Below are positions 35,087-45,276 of a stretch of DNA of 64,000 nucleotides, piece after piece. The DNA lies in IMG/VR virus record IMGVR_UViG_3300027621_000003, positions 124,001 to 188,000 of that record. One strand, given 5' to 3'. Made by a program: the position numbers and the translations under genes. Under the pieces are notes generated by a model. It was not told the origin of the DNA and did no database searches. It saw only the letters and a program-made list of their open reading frames with translations. The first letter of the stretch is position 1; the number at the start of each line of letters is the position of its first letter.

Positions 35087-36186
35087 TATTCCGGCCTCAA
35101 TACAGTTAATGCTTCAGGATATTCTTTACTTAAGAATTCTTCATTTTTTCCTTTATATGGTATGTTCTGTAAAACATATCTTATTGAATTTAATCCTGAC
35201 ACTCTTTTATCTGACGAATCTAAAATAACCCAAGGATGGTTTACCGTTGATGTCCTATCAAATAGTTTTTCTTTGAATTCAGTAAATCTATCCCATAAAT
35301 CTAACATCTTTTCATCATTAGGTGAATATTTCCATTTCTTTAATGGTGAACTTAATCTTTGTTTGAATCTTTTTCCCATGGTTTCTTTATCAATTGAGAA
35401 CCAAAGTTTGAAAAGGAAATCTCCATTTTCTACTAGTGAATTTTCAAAGTTCTCAACGTTTTCCATAAAGTCTTCATATTCTTCAGGAGTACCATAACCA
35501 GCAACAGGTTCAACTAAACCTCTGTTGTACCAACTTCTATCAAATAAATTGATTTTACCTGGTTCAATTTGTTTTCTATATCTACCCCACCAATCAGCTC
35601 TATCATCAGGTGTTGGAATTCCAAGTTGAATAACTTTAAATCCTTTTGGATTAATATTTTCTGTGAACTTTTTAATTGATGAACCTTTACCCGCACTGTC
35701 TCTACCTTCAAAAACAATAAGAACGGTTTTACCTGTTTCAGCCAACCACTCTTGTAATTTAATTAATTCAACTTGTAATCCGTATAGTTCTTTGTTAAAG
35801 ATTTTTTTAGGTACAATTGAAATATCTTCATTTCCAAAACCAAAATCATCAGTTTCAGGTTCTATACCATAAATTCCTTTTTCTCTAAACTCTAATGATG
35901 TAAAGATTCTTAAGAAATAGTCTTCAACATTTTTCTTACGATTACCTTTTTTCAACATCACATTTTTAAGGTTTTTTTCAATCAAATCAAAGTCAATAAT
36001 GTTGGTCTCACCAAACTTAATAACCTTATCAATAAGTTTTTTAATCGTAGATGAATATAAACCACTAAACTTTATAATGTTTAGAATATTTTGTGCATGT
36101 TTGTTAATAGAATTTAAATCTTGGTCTTCTTTAATAAGACCCATCATTGTTTTTATTTTTTTTACTTCTGTTATTAAATCAAACAT
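35086..36186 (-). CDS. ppk2: polyphosphate kinase 2 with N-terminal extension
   Basis: LQVELIKLQ, FEGRDSAGKG, FDRSWYNR and KWKYSPND motifs. Confidence 0.9.
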   Translation of the reverse strand: MFDLITEVKKIKTMMGLIKEDQDLNSINKHAQNILNIIKFSGLYSSTIKKLIDKVIKFGETNIIDFDLIEKNLKNVMLKKGNRKKNVEDYFLRIFTSLEFREKGIYGIEPETDDFGFGNEDISIVPKKIFNKELYGLQVELIKLQEWLAETGKTVLIVFEGRDSAGKGSSIKKFTENINPKGFKVIQLGIPTPDDRADWWGRYRKQIEPGKINLFDRSWYNRGLVEPVAGYGTPEEYEDFMENVENFENSLVENGDFLFKLWFSIDKETMGKRFKQRLSSPLKKWKYSPNDEKMLDLWDRFTEFKEKLFDRTSTVNHPWVILDSSDKRVSGLNSIRYVLQNIPYKGKNEEFLSKEYPEALTVLRPE

Positions 36187-36289
36187 ATATATAAATACTC
36201 AGTCACCCTAAAACCTTTTTATTTCTTTTTCAGTGTTCTAAATCAACAATAATTCAACAATTAATGATAATAGTGTAAGTTCGGGGAAA

Positions 36290-36650
36290 AATAATAAAAA
36301 CAATACCCAATTGGGTACAAATATGACTAAAATGGGGTTAATAATGCCCGATTAGGTACAAATAAGGGAAATATAGGTCAAAATAACCCAATTTATGGCT
36401 CAAATTTACCCCAAAATGAGCTAAATTCACCCCAAAATGAGCCACAAACGGGTAATAGGTCAAAATTTAGGTCAAAATGGAGAAAATAGCGGTAATTCAA
36501 GTAATTTGGGCGGTAATATGGGGAATTCAAGTAATTTGGGCGGTAATATGGGGAATTCAAATAGAAATACACCTCAAAATGGTGAAAATATGGGTAATTT
36601 GGGGTTAAATATGGGGAATTCAGGTGGTAAAAATGATATTAAAAATTTTA
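36290..36650. repeat. helically phased A/T-tract region with a 30-bp tandem repeat
   Basis: AAT/AAAT tracts alternate with G/C runs about every 10 nt; aattcaagtaatttgggcggtaatatgggg x2 at 36494-36553. Confidence 0.7.
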
Positions 36651-36705
36651 CTATGGGTTTTAACCTATTCTTGTAAGGTAATATTTATAGTAAAACTAAG
36701 ATACT

Positions 36706-37536
36706 ATGATATTAAAAAATGGTTCAAAAGGAGAAGAGGTTAAAGCTCTTCAAAAAAAATTAGGATTAGTTGCTGATGGTAACTTTGGTCCTGGAACTGA
36801 AAAAGCAATTAAAGAATGGCAAATAAAAAATGGATTGACAGCTGATGGAATCATCGGACCATCATCATTAAAAAAACTTGGATTAGGTGCAACACCTGCA
36901 GTAATCAAAGAAGACGTTGTTATTCCTAAAGGTAGTCCAATCAATTTAGAAAAATTAAAAGGACATATACCTGACTCTGTAATTGCACAAATTCCAACAG
37001 TAATGGAAAAATTCCAAATTAACACTCCTTTAAGATTGGCACATTTCTTGGCACAATGTGGACACGAATCAGGTGGATTCAAAGCAACACAAGAAAACTT
37101 AAATTACTCTGCGGATGGTCTTAAAAAGATTTTCCCTAAATATTTCCCTGGTAACATTGCCGAATCTTACGCAAGAAACCCTGAAAAAATCGCATCAAAA
37201 GTTTATGGTGGTAGAATGGGTAATGGTGGTGAAGAAACTAAAGAAGGTTATAAATTCAGAGGTAGAGGTTACATCCAATTGACGGGTAAAGAAAACTATA
37301 CATCTTTTGCAAAATCAATCGGTGAAGATACTGTCTCAAACCCTGATTTGGTTGCTACCAAATACGCATTGGCGTCAGCAGGTTGGTTCTTCAGTAAAAA
37401 CGGATTAAATGCAATTTCTGATAAAGGAGCTAACGATGCTACAGTAACATCTGTTACGAAACGAGTTAATGGTGGGATAATAGGTTTACCTGATAGAATT
37501 AAACACTTTAAAGAGTATTATCACTTATTATCGTAA
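36706..37536 (+). CDS. endolysin: PG-binding domain plus GH19
   Basis: LQKKLG..ADG.FGP.T; AHFLAQCGHESGGF, ENLNYS, RGRGYIQLTG and VNGG motifs. Confidence 0.9.
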   Translation: MILKNGSKGEEVKALQKKLGLVADGNFGPGTEKAIKEWQIKNGLTADGIIGPSSLKKLGLGATPAVIKEDVVIPKGSPINLEKLKGHIPDSVIAQIPTVMEKFQINTPLRLAHFLAQCGHESGGFKATQENLNYSADGLKKIFPKYFPGNIAESYARNPEKIASKVYGGRMGNGGEETKEGYKFRGRGYIQLTGKENYTSFAKSIGEDTVSNPDLVATKYALASAGWFFSKNGLNAISDKGANDATVTSVTKRVNGGIIGLPDRIKHFKEYYHLLS

Positions 37537-37601
37537 TCCTCAAATAAAATTATTTTTAAGAAAAGTGTTGTTAATTCAACACTTTTTTTTATCTTTGTTG
37601 T

Positions 37602-37823
37602 ATGAACACAGTAAATGATGATTTTAGTTGGGTAATAAAGGTTTTAAATTCTTGTGAAACAATTAGCCATGTTATGAGTACCGAAAAACTATTTGATAAT
37701 TTTAAAAATAAACACAAGGATTATTTTAAGAGTTTGGGTAAAAACAACCTTCTTAAAAAAACTATTAAAAATGAATTTAAAACTTTAATGAGAGAAAAAT
37801 TAACAATCATTAAAAATGCGTAA
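37602..37823 (+). CDS. hypothetical protein
   Basis: 73 aa, TATCTTTG promoter. Confidence 0.55.
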   Translation: MNTVNDDFSWVIKVLNSCETISHVMSTEKLFDNFKNKHKDYFKSLGKNNLLKKTIKNEFKTLMREKLTIIKNA

Positions 37824-37970
37824 TTTTTTACACTAATACGTGAGATTTTTTTAACTTGGATATATTTATATATCTCCACCTTCGGGTGTCTTTTTATATA
37901 TACCTTTTCCACAAGACCCAAGAAATTGGGTCTTTTTTTTACCAATTTTTTTTATTACATTTGAAAAACT

Positions 37971-38405
37971 ATGGACAAACTAAATCAACTCTATCATTTT
38001 ATGGGATACAAATTTTCCCAAACAGTAAAATGTAATCACAATGAAAAATTGAATGAAGATGTGTTTATTCAATCAAAATGGGAATTACCTCATTTAGAGT
38101 ATTCAATTGAAGACATTGTTCGCATGGAAGATAATGGTGACATTATCTCATATTTCCAAGATGTATATTGTACACCATTTTTTTGTTGGGATGGCGCAAT
38201 GGAAGTGGTTGATAAAATTGAATTGACTCCATGTAATGATGGGTTCCCATTTGTTATTTTATCGGGAAAATATTTCAGTATTGAAATTGATGGTGAACTT
38301 TTTGTAATTGAAAGAGAACACTCAGATAACAAATTAGAAATTTTAGAAGAATTAGTTTATGAATTCTTAAACTATTATTATACTAATGTAGAAAAAAATA
38401 ATTAA
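37971..38405 (+). CDS. hypothetical protein
   Basis: 144 aa, TACATTTG promoter. Confidence 0.55.
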   Translation: MDKLNQLYHFMGYKFSQTVKCNHNEKLNEDVFIQSKWELPHLEYSIEDIVRMEDNGDIISYFQDVYCTPFFCWDGAMEVVDKIELTPCNDGFPFVILSGKYFSIEIDGELFVIEREHSDNKLEILEELVYEFLNYYYTNVEKNN

Positions 38406-38414
38406 CTTTGTAAT

Positions 38415-39092
38415 ATGAAACAGTATATCTATTTGGATGATGTAAGAACTCCCACTCAGGGTGTAGGTGATGATAACCAGCCTTGGGTGGTTGTTCGTTC
38501 CTACAATGAGTTTGTAGAGAAGGTGAATGAGATTGGTTTGGAAAATATTCAATCTATTTCTTTGGACCATGATTTGGGTGATACTGCAATGGCGGAATGG
38601 CACAGAAATGTTTATAAAAACTACGAATTGAACTACGATAACATTACCGAAAAAACTGGTATGGATTGTACCAAGTGGTTGGTTGAACAATGGATGGATG
38701 GAAAACCTGTTGTTGATGTGGTTGTTCACTCTGCAAATGCGATTGGTAGTGGAAATATGATGGGTTATATCAACAACTACAGACACATTAACAAATTACC
38801 TCAAAATTGTGTAAGAGTTCGGATTGAACATACTATTAAGATTATGAAAACAAATATTAAAGAAATAGAAGATAAACTTGAGAATTTCAAAGCCGTTCAA
38901 TATAGAATGGGTGATAAAGGTATGGATTATTGTTTTGAACACTACAGTTCATTTGAAGAAATTGAAGATGAAGAATTTCATAAATTGAGAAATGAATTTT
39001 TGGATAGTATGAAAAAAATACGTTCATATGTTGAAAACAAAATTGAAACATTGTCAGAAGAAATTGATGATACACCATGGGGAGACTATTAA
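38415..39092 (+). CDS. cyclic-phosphate-processing receiver-like protein with C-terminal extension
   Basis: IYLDDVRTP...VVRSYNEF...ISLDHDLG...TGMDC...VHSAN..G. Confidence 0.7.
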   Translation: MKQYIYLDDVRTPTQGVGDDNQPWVVVRSYNEFVEKVNEIGLENIQSISLDHDLGDTAMAEWHRNVYKNYELNYDNITEKTGMDCTKWLVEQWMDGKPVVDVVVHSANAIGSGNMMGYINNYRHINKLPQNCVRVRIEHTIKIMKTNIKEIEDKLENFKAVQYRMGDKGMDYCFEHYSSFEEIEDEEFHKLRNEFLDSMKKIRSYVENKIETLSEEIDDTPWGDY

Positions 39093-39220
39093 AATTAATA
39101 TATGATTGTTTACCTTTGTCATACTTTGGTACTTTTTTTAACCATGATGCTCACAGTATTGTTTCAAAAAAAGGAAAAAAAATAATAAACAATATCAAAT
39201 AAATTAACTATCTTTGCATC

Positions 39221-39979
39221 ATGATGAACATTGTACACATATCAGACACACACGGATTCCACAGAAACGTTAATGTTCCTTTTGGTCAGGTGTTAATTCA
39301 CAGCGGTGACATCAGTAATCGCGGTGAAAGATATCAGGTAGAAGACTTTATTGATTGGTTTGTTAATCAACCCCACAAATATAAAATCTTCATTGCTGGT
39401 AATCATGATATCTGTTTTGATGAACATCACCCTTTGAATGAAAATAAGTTGGAGAAACATCTTATTGGTGAAAACTACACACCATTAAAACCAACGTGGT
39501 TAAATAACATCTTGGATAATTTGCCCGACAATGTGTTCTACTTGGAAAATGATGGTTGTGAAATTGAAGGTGTTAAGTTTTGGGGTTCTCCTACAACTCC
39601 TTGGTTTGGTGGTGATTTTTGGGTATTCAACAAACAAAGAGGTTACGACATCAAACAAGTATGGGATAAAATACCTATGGACACTCACGTAGTGATTACT
39701 CATGGTCCCGTGATGTATAAGTGTGATTACATCCCACAACAACAATTCTTTGCTGGTTGTGAAGACTTGGAACGCAAAGTACAAGAGGTTAAACCTATCC
39801 TTCATTTGTCAGGACATATCCACGAAGGTTATAGTTGGGCATACAATGGTAGTACCGAATTCTTTAACGGTAGTGTCTTGGATGCTAATTACGAAATGAA
39901 GAATGACCCTTGGGAAATTGAACTAAATGTTCACTACAAAGAAGTAAAAGTTCTAAATAACATTTTAACCCCTAACTAA
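39221..39979 (+). CDS. calcineurin-like metallophosphoesterase (MPPED-like)
   Basis: SDTHG, HSGD, AGNHD, ITHGP and GHIHE motifs. Confidence 0.9.
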   Translation: MMNIVHISDTHGFHRNVNVPFGQVLIHSGDISNRGERYQVEDFIDWFVNQPHKYKIFIAGNHDICFDEHHPLNENKLEKHLIGENYTPLKPTWLNNILDNLPDNVFYLENDGCEIEGVKFWGSPTTPWFGGDFWVFNKQRGYDIKQVWDKIPMDTHVVITHGPVMYKCDYIPQQQFFAGCEDLERKVQEVKPILHLSGHIHEGYSWAYNGSTEFFNGSVLDANYEMKNDPWEIELNVHYKEVKVLNNILTPN

Positions 39980-40006
39980 TGTTGGGGGTTTTTATATTTA
40001 TTGTAT

Positions 40007-40399
40007 ATGGCATATTCAGATAAAGTTATTGACCACTACACAAATCCAAGAAATATTGGAACGTTAGATAAGAACGACTCAAGAGTTGGTACAGGTTTAG
40101 TTGGCGCACCAGAATGTGGTGATGTTATGCGTTTGCAGATAATGGTTGAGAATGATATTATTACTGACGCTAAATTTAAAACTTTTGGATGTGGTTCAGC
40201 AATTGCATCGTCATCTTTAGCAACAGAGTGGTTAAAAGGAAAATCATTGACTGACGCTTTAAAAATTGACAATATGGAAATTGTTGAAGAGTTGGCTCTT
40301 CCTCCAGTTAAAATACATTGTTCAGTTTTAGCAGAAGATGCTATAAAACAAGCCATTGAAGATTACCAAAAGAAACAATGTACGGAAATACAAATTTAA
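40007..40399 (+). CDS. iscU: Fe-S cluster scaffold IscU
   Basis: [31 protein letters not shown] and LPPVKIHCS motifs. Confidence 0.95.
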   Translation: MAYSDKVIDHYTNPRNIGTLDKNDSRVGTGLVGAPECGDVMRLQIMVENDIITDAKFKTFGCGSAIASSSLATEWLKGKSLTDALKIDNMEIVEELALPPVKIHCSVLAEDAIKQAIEDYQKKQCTEIQI

Positions 40400-41349
40400 C
40401 CAAAGACTTTGTTGTTGATGATGACCCGATAAAACTTGCTGAGTTTGAGGCAAGGATTGCTTCAGGTGATAAGATTGAACCAAAAGATTGGATGCCATCA
40501 GAATATAGAAAACAACTTATCCGTATGATTGAGCAACACGCTCACTCAGAAATTATTGGTTCATTACCTGAAGGCACTTGGATTACAAGAGCACCTGGTT
40601 TTAGAAGAAAGTTAGCGTTAATGGCAAAAGTTCAAGATGAGGTTGGTCATGCTCAACTTTTATATTCTGCGGCTGAGACTCTTGGAAAACCACGTGAGGA
40701 TATGGTTAACGATTTAATTTCGGGTAAATCAAAATATTCCAACGTATTTAATTATCCCTCTAAGACTTGGGCTGATACTGCGGTAATTGGGTGGTTGATT
40801 GATGCTGCAGCAATTGTAAATCAACTTGCAAATGCTAAAGGTTCTTATGGGCCTTATTGTAGAGCATTAGAACGTATCTGTTACGAAGAAAGTTTCCATT
40901 TGAAACAAGGACATGACAACACGGTTTATCTTGCAACAGGAACACCACAACAAAGAGAAATGGTACAAGATGCTCTTAACAGATGGTGGAGACCTGTAAT
41001 TCATTTTTTTGGTCCACCAGATTCACAATCAGTTCATTCTGAAAAACTTATCAAATGGAAAATCAAAATGATGACAAATGACGAAATGAGAAATCAATTC
41101 TTCAGTATGTACGTTCCAAAGATAGAAGAACTTGGTTTAACATTACCTGATGCCGATTTAAAGAAAAATGATGACGGAACATGGACTTATTCTGACCCTG
41201 ATTGGGATGAGTTTTGGGCGGTTGTTAAAGGTAATGGTCCTTGTAATAAAGAACGAATTGCCGTTAGACGTATGGCTGAGGAACGTGGAAGATGGGTGAG
41301 AAAGGCCTTACAAAATAAAGATTCTGTTTATGTATCACCGTTAGCATGA
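40378..41349 (+). CDS. paaA: 1,2-phenylacetyl-CoA epoxidase subunit A
   Basis: [34 protein letters not shown] and GNGPCN motifs. Confidence 0.9.
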   Translation: MYGNTNLTKDFVVDDDPIKLAEFEARIASGDKIEPKDWMPSEYRKQLIRMIEQHAHSEIIGSLPEGTWITRAPGFRRKLALMAKVQDEVGHAQLLYSAAETLGKPREDMVNDLISGKSKYSNVFNYPSKTWADTAVIGWLIDAAAIVNQLANAKGSYGPYCRALERICYEESFHLKQGHDNTVYLATGTPQQREMVQDALNRWWRPVIHFFGPPDSQSVHSEKLIKWKIKMMTNDEMRNQFFSMYVPKIEELGLTLPDADLKKNDDGTWTYSDPDWDEFWAVVKGNGPCNKERIAVRRMAEERGRWVRKALQNKDSVYVSPLA

Positions 41350-41684
41350 TGGAAATTATTACTGTATCTGAAAAAGCAAGAATACAAATCCAAAAACTTT
41401 TGGAAGAACAAAAGTTAAATAAGGAAACTCATTTTTTAAGAGTGGGTGTTAAAGGTGGTGGTTGTTCAGGAATGTCTTATGAATTGGGATTTGATACTAT
41501 ACCACAAGAAGGTGATAATATAGTAGAAGATAATTCTGTAAAAATTGCAATAGATAAAAAATCTTTTCTTTATTTATTTGGAACTGAATTGGATTTTTCG
41601 GATGGGTTAAATGGAAAAGGTTTCCAATTTATAAATCCAAATGCCTCTCGCACCTGTGGTTGTGGAGAAAGTTTCGCAATTTGA
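41346..41684 (+). CDS. iscA: A-type Fe-S carrier (IscA/HesB)
   Basis: GGGCSG and [12 protein letters not shown] motifs. Confidence 0.9.
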   Translation: MMEIITVSEKARIQIQKLLEEQKLNKETHFLRVGVKGGGCSGMSYELGFDTIPQEGDNIVEDNSVKIAIDKKSFLYLFGTELDFSDGLNGKGFQFINPNASRTCGCGESFAI

Positions 41685-41727
41685 AAAACTTTATTAATTA
41701 CAAATATATTTATAAAAAAAGAATATT

Positions 41728-42174
41728 ATGAAAAATTTATTAAATATTTCCGAAGAAGAAAAAAATAGAATATTGGAAATGCATACATCCGCAACCAATA
41801 AGCATTATCTAAATGAACAACCAACCGTTGGTAATGCAAAACCATTAATTTCACAACAAAAAAGTAAATACCCTGAAGATGACCCAATTCAAAAACCTTT
41901 CTATGATTATGTTCAGACTAGATGGGGACATGATGAAGACCCATATGCTTCTACGGATATAGATTTTGACCAAAATGGAAATTATAAACTATGTGATGGA
42001 CCTTGTAAAGCAATGATTCCTGGAACAGATGAAAATACTATAATTTGGGATTATAAAAAAGGGATGGTTTCAGGTTTAAAATCGTTTGGAATTGACCCAA
42101 AACCAATTTCAATTAAATCTAATTTTGGACAAATGAAACAATGGTTTGACAACACTTATGGAAAGCATCAATAA
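41728..42174 (+). CDS. hypothetical protein (MKNLLNISEEEKNRILEMH tag)
   Basis: N-terminus nearly identical to 57516..58211. Confidence 0.65.
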   Translation: MKNLLNISEEEKNRILEMHTSATNKHYLNEQPTVGNAKPLISQQKSKYPEDDPIQKPFYDYVQTRWGHDEDPYASTDIDFDQNGNYKLCDGPCKAMIPGTDENTIIWDYKKGMVSGLKSFGIDPKPISIKSNFGQMKQWFDNTYGKHQ

Positions 42175-42316
42175 AAACAACTAATAGCCGTGGACATTCC
42201 GATGGTGTGTAATTATATATTTGATTAATAATCAATAAATCATTTTTACAAAAAAATAAATTAAAAACCTCTTCCCATAAAGAAGGGGTTTTTAATTTAT
42301 GTTATATTTATAATTT

Positions 42317-43096
42317 ATGGACAAAAGATTATTGGAGGAGGTTTCTCGTCAAAAAGAACTGATGAATTTAAATGAACAAAATATTATGGGCGATATTGCC
42401 GATAAAGTTGTTGGCTCATTATCCAATAGTATTTTAAAAAGCATTTTCAAAAATACGTTAAATCCTGATAATGAAGATGAAGATGATGAAGATGATGAAA
42501 CAGAAACATCTTCAAGTGATACTGAATATGACAAACTATCAACAACTGATTTTGAAAAAGAAGTAAATAAAGTTATAGATAATTTAGAGGGTGGTTACTA
42601 TCATCCTAATATGAATAAATCCGATATGGGTAAATCAGGTGAAACTATGATGGGTATGGATAGAAAGTATGGTACTGGTTTTGCACAAACTTCTGCAGGT
42701 AAAGAGTTTTGGAAATTAATTGATGATGCCAATGCCAAAAACAATTGGAAACACTATTACATGGGTGGACCATTAGAAAGTAGATTAAGAAAGTTAGTTG
42801 TTAAAATGATTCAACCTGAGTACGAAAGATTATCAAATAGTTATCTTAGTGAAGAGGCTCGTGAAATTGTAAACAAAAGTCCCAACTTAATGTTTCATTT
42901 TATATACGCCACATGGAATGGTTCCGGATGGTTTCAAAAGTTTGCAAAGAAAATTAATGAAGCCGTTGATAAAGGTGTAACCAAAATATCTGATTTGGAA
43001 TCAATTGCTATGAAATCTAGAAAAGAAAGTGGAAACTCAATCATTGCCAGTGGAGGTCAAAAAATATCCAAACTTTTAGGTATTAAAAACGTGTAA
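42317..43096 (+). CDS. GH108-like lysozyme with N-terminal tag
   Basis: LEGGYYHP...GETMMG resembles the GH108 EGGY/GET motif. Confidence 0.5.
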   Translation: MDKRLLEEVSRQKELMNLNEQNIMGDIADKVVGSLSNSILKSIFKNTLNPDNEDEDDEDDETETSSSDTEYDKLSTTDFEKEVNKVIDNLEGGYYHPNMNKSDMGKSGETMMGMDRKYGTGFAQTSAGKEFWKLIDDANAKNNWKHYYMGGPLESRLRKLVVKMIQPEYERLSNSYLSEEAREIVNKSPNLMFHFIYATWNGSGWFQKFAKKINEAVDKGVTKISDLESIAMKSRKESGNSIIASGGQKISKLLGIKNV

Positions 43097-43097
43097 G

Positions 43098-43730
43098 ATG
43101 AAAACTATACCAAAAGAAAAATTAGTTCAAGGGTTAAAAATTCTTTACAAATTGTGGAATAGAGAACATGATAGTGATAGTGATTGGCCATCAAAACATT
43201 ATATTGAGTGGGACCAAGGTGTTCCTTATGAATTTTATTACAAATACCAAAAACAATTAGGTCTTGGTAATGAGGCTGATGATTACTATTATTGGATGAA
43301 TGCTTTAGAGGAAAATGAAGATAATTTAGAAAGTGACTCATTAACTGTTGATAATGTTATTGTTCCAAAATATTATACGTTTGATGTTGAAACTTATGAA
43401 GATAGGTATGAACAGGTACATGTTACTTATGAAGGTCAAGTAGATGGTTATTTTACTGAAGACCAACTATATAAAAGTTTCTATGAATTAGGTAGTGGTA
43501 CTATTTTTAATTTCTATGATTTTGATGAAACTGATAGAGATTATGGTGATGGTGAAGGTAATGGTATAGAGTTAAGAAAGATTACTATGGTTTCTGACGT
43601 GATACCAGAATCAAACAAAAAAAGAAAAGTTATGTCAATAAAAGAATCTAATTTGGATTCTTTTATCAATAGTCTTAACGAATCAGAAACAAAGTTTTTG
43701 ATAGAAAAACTACAAAAGAAACTCCTTTAA
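43098..43730 (+). CDS. hypothetical acidic protein
   Basis: 210-aa ORF. Confidence 0.6.
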   Translation: MKTIPKEKLVQGLKILYKLWNREHDSDSDWPSKHYIEWDQGVPYEFYYKYQKQLGLGNEADDYYYWMNALEENEDNLESDSLTVDNVIVPKYYTFDVETYEDRYEQVHVTYEGQVDGYFTEDQLYKSFYELGSGTIFNFYDFDETDRDYGDGEGNGIELRKITMVSDVIPESNKKRKVMSIKESNLDSFINSLNESETKFLIEKLQKKLL

Positions 43731-43940
43731 TTATTTTTTACGACTTTTTTTCTTAGGTACCAAATCACCAAGAGTTTGTTTTTTTTCTAAGATGTCTTTT
43801 TTGTAAGTTATACTTACAGACACGGGTCCACTTTTTGTAATGGAATAATCATATCTCCAAACTGACTTAGTATTTTCAGTTTCATACACACGTTCAAATT
43901 TTGTGTTCTCAGACGCTTTTGTGGTTTCAGACGTAGACAT
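43731..43940 (-). CDS. hypothetical protein
   Basis: 69 aa, TATCTTTG promoter. Confidence 0.55.
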   Translation of the reverse strand: MSTSETTKASENTKFERVYETENTKSVWRYDYSITKSGPVSVSITYKKDILEKKQTLGDLVPKKKSRKK

Positions 43941-44007
43941 ACTACAAAGATAATAAAAAACCCCTTAAACGTCAAATTTAAGGGGTTAAATTTAATTTTA
44001 GTAATGG

Positions 44008-44253
44008 TTATTCACCATCTTTTTTAGGTTCAGAATTTTTCTTCTTAGCAAAGATTGCTTCCAATGTAGTAAGTCCCAAGAAACTACCACATAATAAAGC
44101 CAATGTATCATACATATATTCAGGTGTAACACCAGATTTATATGTTGCCACATAAGCTAATCCAATTAAGTTAATTAATGTGATGATACCTGAGAATCTT
44201 TTAGAAGATACATCAGAACCATCACCCATTAGTTTTTTAAAAAAGTTTTTCAT
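44008..44253 (-). CDS. two-TM protein (holin-like)
   Basis: SSKRF followed by two TM segments and a charged tail. Confidence 0.5.
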   Translation of the reverse strand: MKNFFKKLMGDGSDVSSKRFSGIITLINLIGLAYVATYKSGVTPEYMYDTLALLCGSFLGLTTLEAIFAKKKNSEPKKDGE

Positions 44254-44303
44254 ATCAAGGTAATTTATCTTTTATAAATATCAATAGATATTTATTTATC
44301 AAT

Positions 44304-44555
44304 ATGACTTGTCCAATCACCGCAAATATTTGCAATACTTTAGTAGAAAAGTATTCATTCTTAAAATCAATAAATTTACATTGTGTAGATAAAGATAATT
44401 CATCAGTTTATATGGACCCATCAATTGTGGTTAATATAGCACCATTACCTGGAACATATTTTGATTTAAAAAGAGATGTGTATACTATGGTGAACGAACA
44501 AACAAAAAAGACACCACATTTAAGAAGTGGATGGAAGATTACCACTGAAGTTTAA
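44304..44555 (+). CDS. hypothetical protein
   Basis: 83-aa ORF. Confidence 0.5.
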   Translation: MTCPITANICNTLVEKYSFLKSINLHCVDKDNSSVYMDPSIVVNIAPLPGTYFDLKRDVYTMVNEQTKKTPHLRSGWKITTEV

Positions 44556-44694
44556 AAATTCCCTAGAAGTTCTTATAGAAGTAAATTAAAATAGAACTAG
44601 TTAATTAGCAACCAGACTAGAAGCTATACTAGAATAAATATGGCAATTTTTGTCTTTTATTCATTTAACCCAAAAATAAATTATACTTTATTTT

Positions 44695-44970
44695 ATGAAG
44701 GCAAAACTATTAGAATCCTATGTTAATAGAGGTTGTAAAGATAAGTTAGAGTTGTTCTTCGGTGTGGGTTCAAGGATTGAAATAAAACAAGTGTTTTCAC
44801 TTTCACAATTAAAAACAGAACAGGTTGAGGTGAAGGTTTTTTTGACCGACCCTGAAACATCAATGAATTATTGGCCCGAAAATATAAATTGGTTAATTGA
44901 GGACTCGTGGGAGTTTGTCCACGGAAAAGGTGCTAAGGCTGTTGTCGTAGCAACCTACGATATTATTTAG
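44695..44970 (+). CDS. hypothetical protein
   Basis: 91-aa ORF. Confidence 0.55.
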   Translation: MKAKLLESYVNRGCKDKLELFFGVGSRIEIKQVFSLSQLKTEQVEVKVFLTDPETSMNYWPENINWLIEDSWEFVHGKGAKAVVVATYDII

Positions 44971-45256
44971 TCGTAGTATCTTTTACAACTTTAACCTCTT
45001 CACAATGTTTCTTGTGACACACAATACGGAAGGTATCGTGTACAATAATCTTTTGGGGGTTTGGTAAATAGATTGTATCAGGACCATCATAAAAAACGGT
45101 ATCCGTCATATTTGTTTTTTGATTAAAGAATCTACTTACTTTAGGTTCACAAGATTTAATAACTGAAATTACAATTGTTGATATAAGAACAACAAGTACA
45201 ATAAAAATACTAAGACCAATTTTATAGGCATTTGAATAGGGCGATTTTTTACTCAT
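44963..45256 (-). CDS. single-TM protein
   Basis: N-terminal TM, DTV/DTI repeats. Confidence 0.55.
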   Translation of the reverse strand: MSKKSPYSNAYKIGLSIFIVLVVLISTIVISVIKSCEPKVSRFFNQKTNMTDTVFYDGPDTIYLPNPQKIIVHDTFRIVCHKKHCEEVKVVKDTTTK

Positions 45257-45276
45257 ACCACAAAGATAATAAAAAA

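Noticed and set aside
36437-36676. 79-aa N/G-rich ORF
   Set aside because: Likely a by-product of the phased A-tract repeat DNA; no recognisable expression signals.
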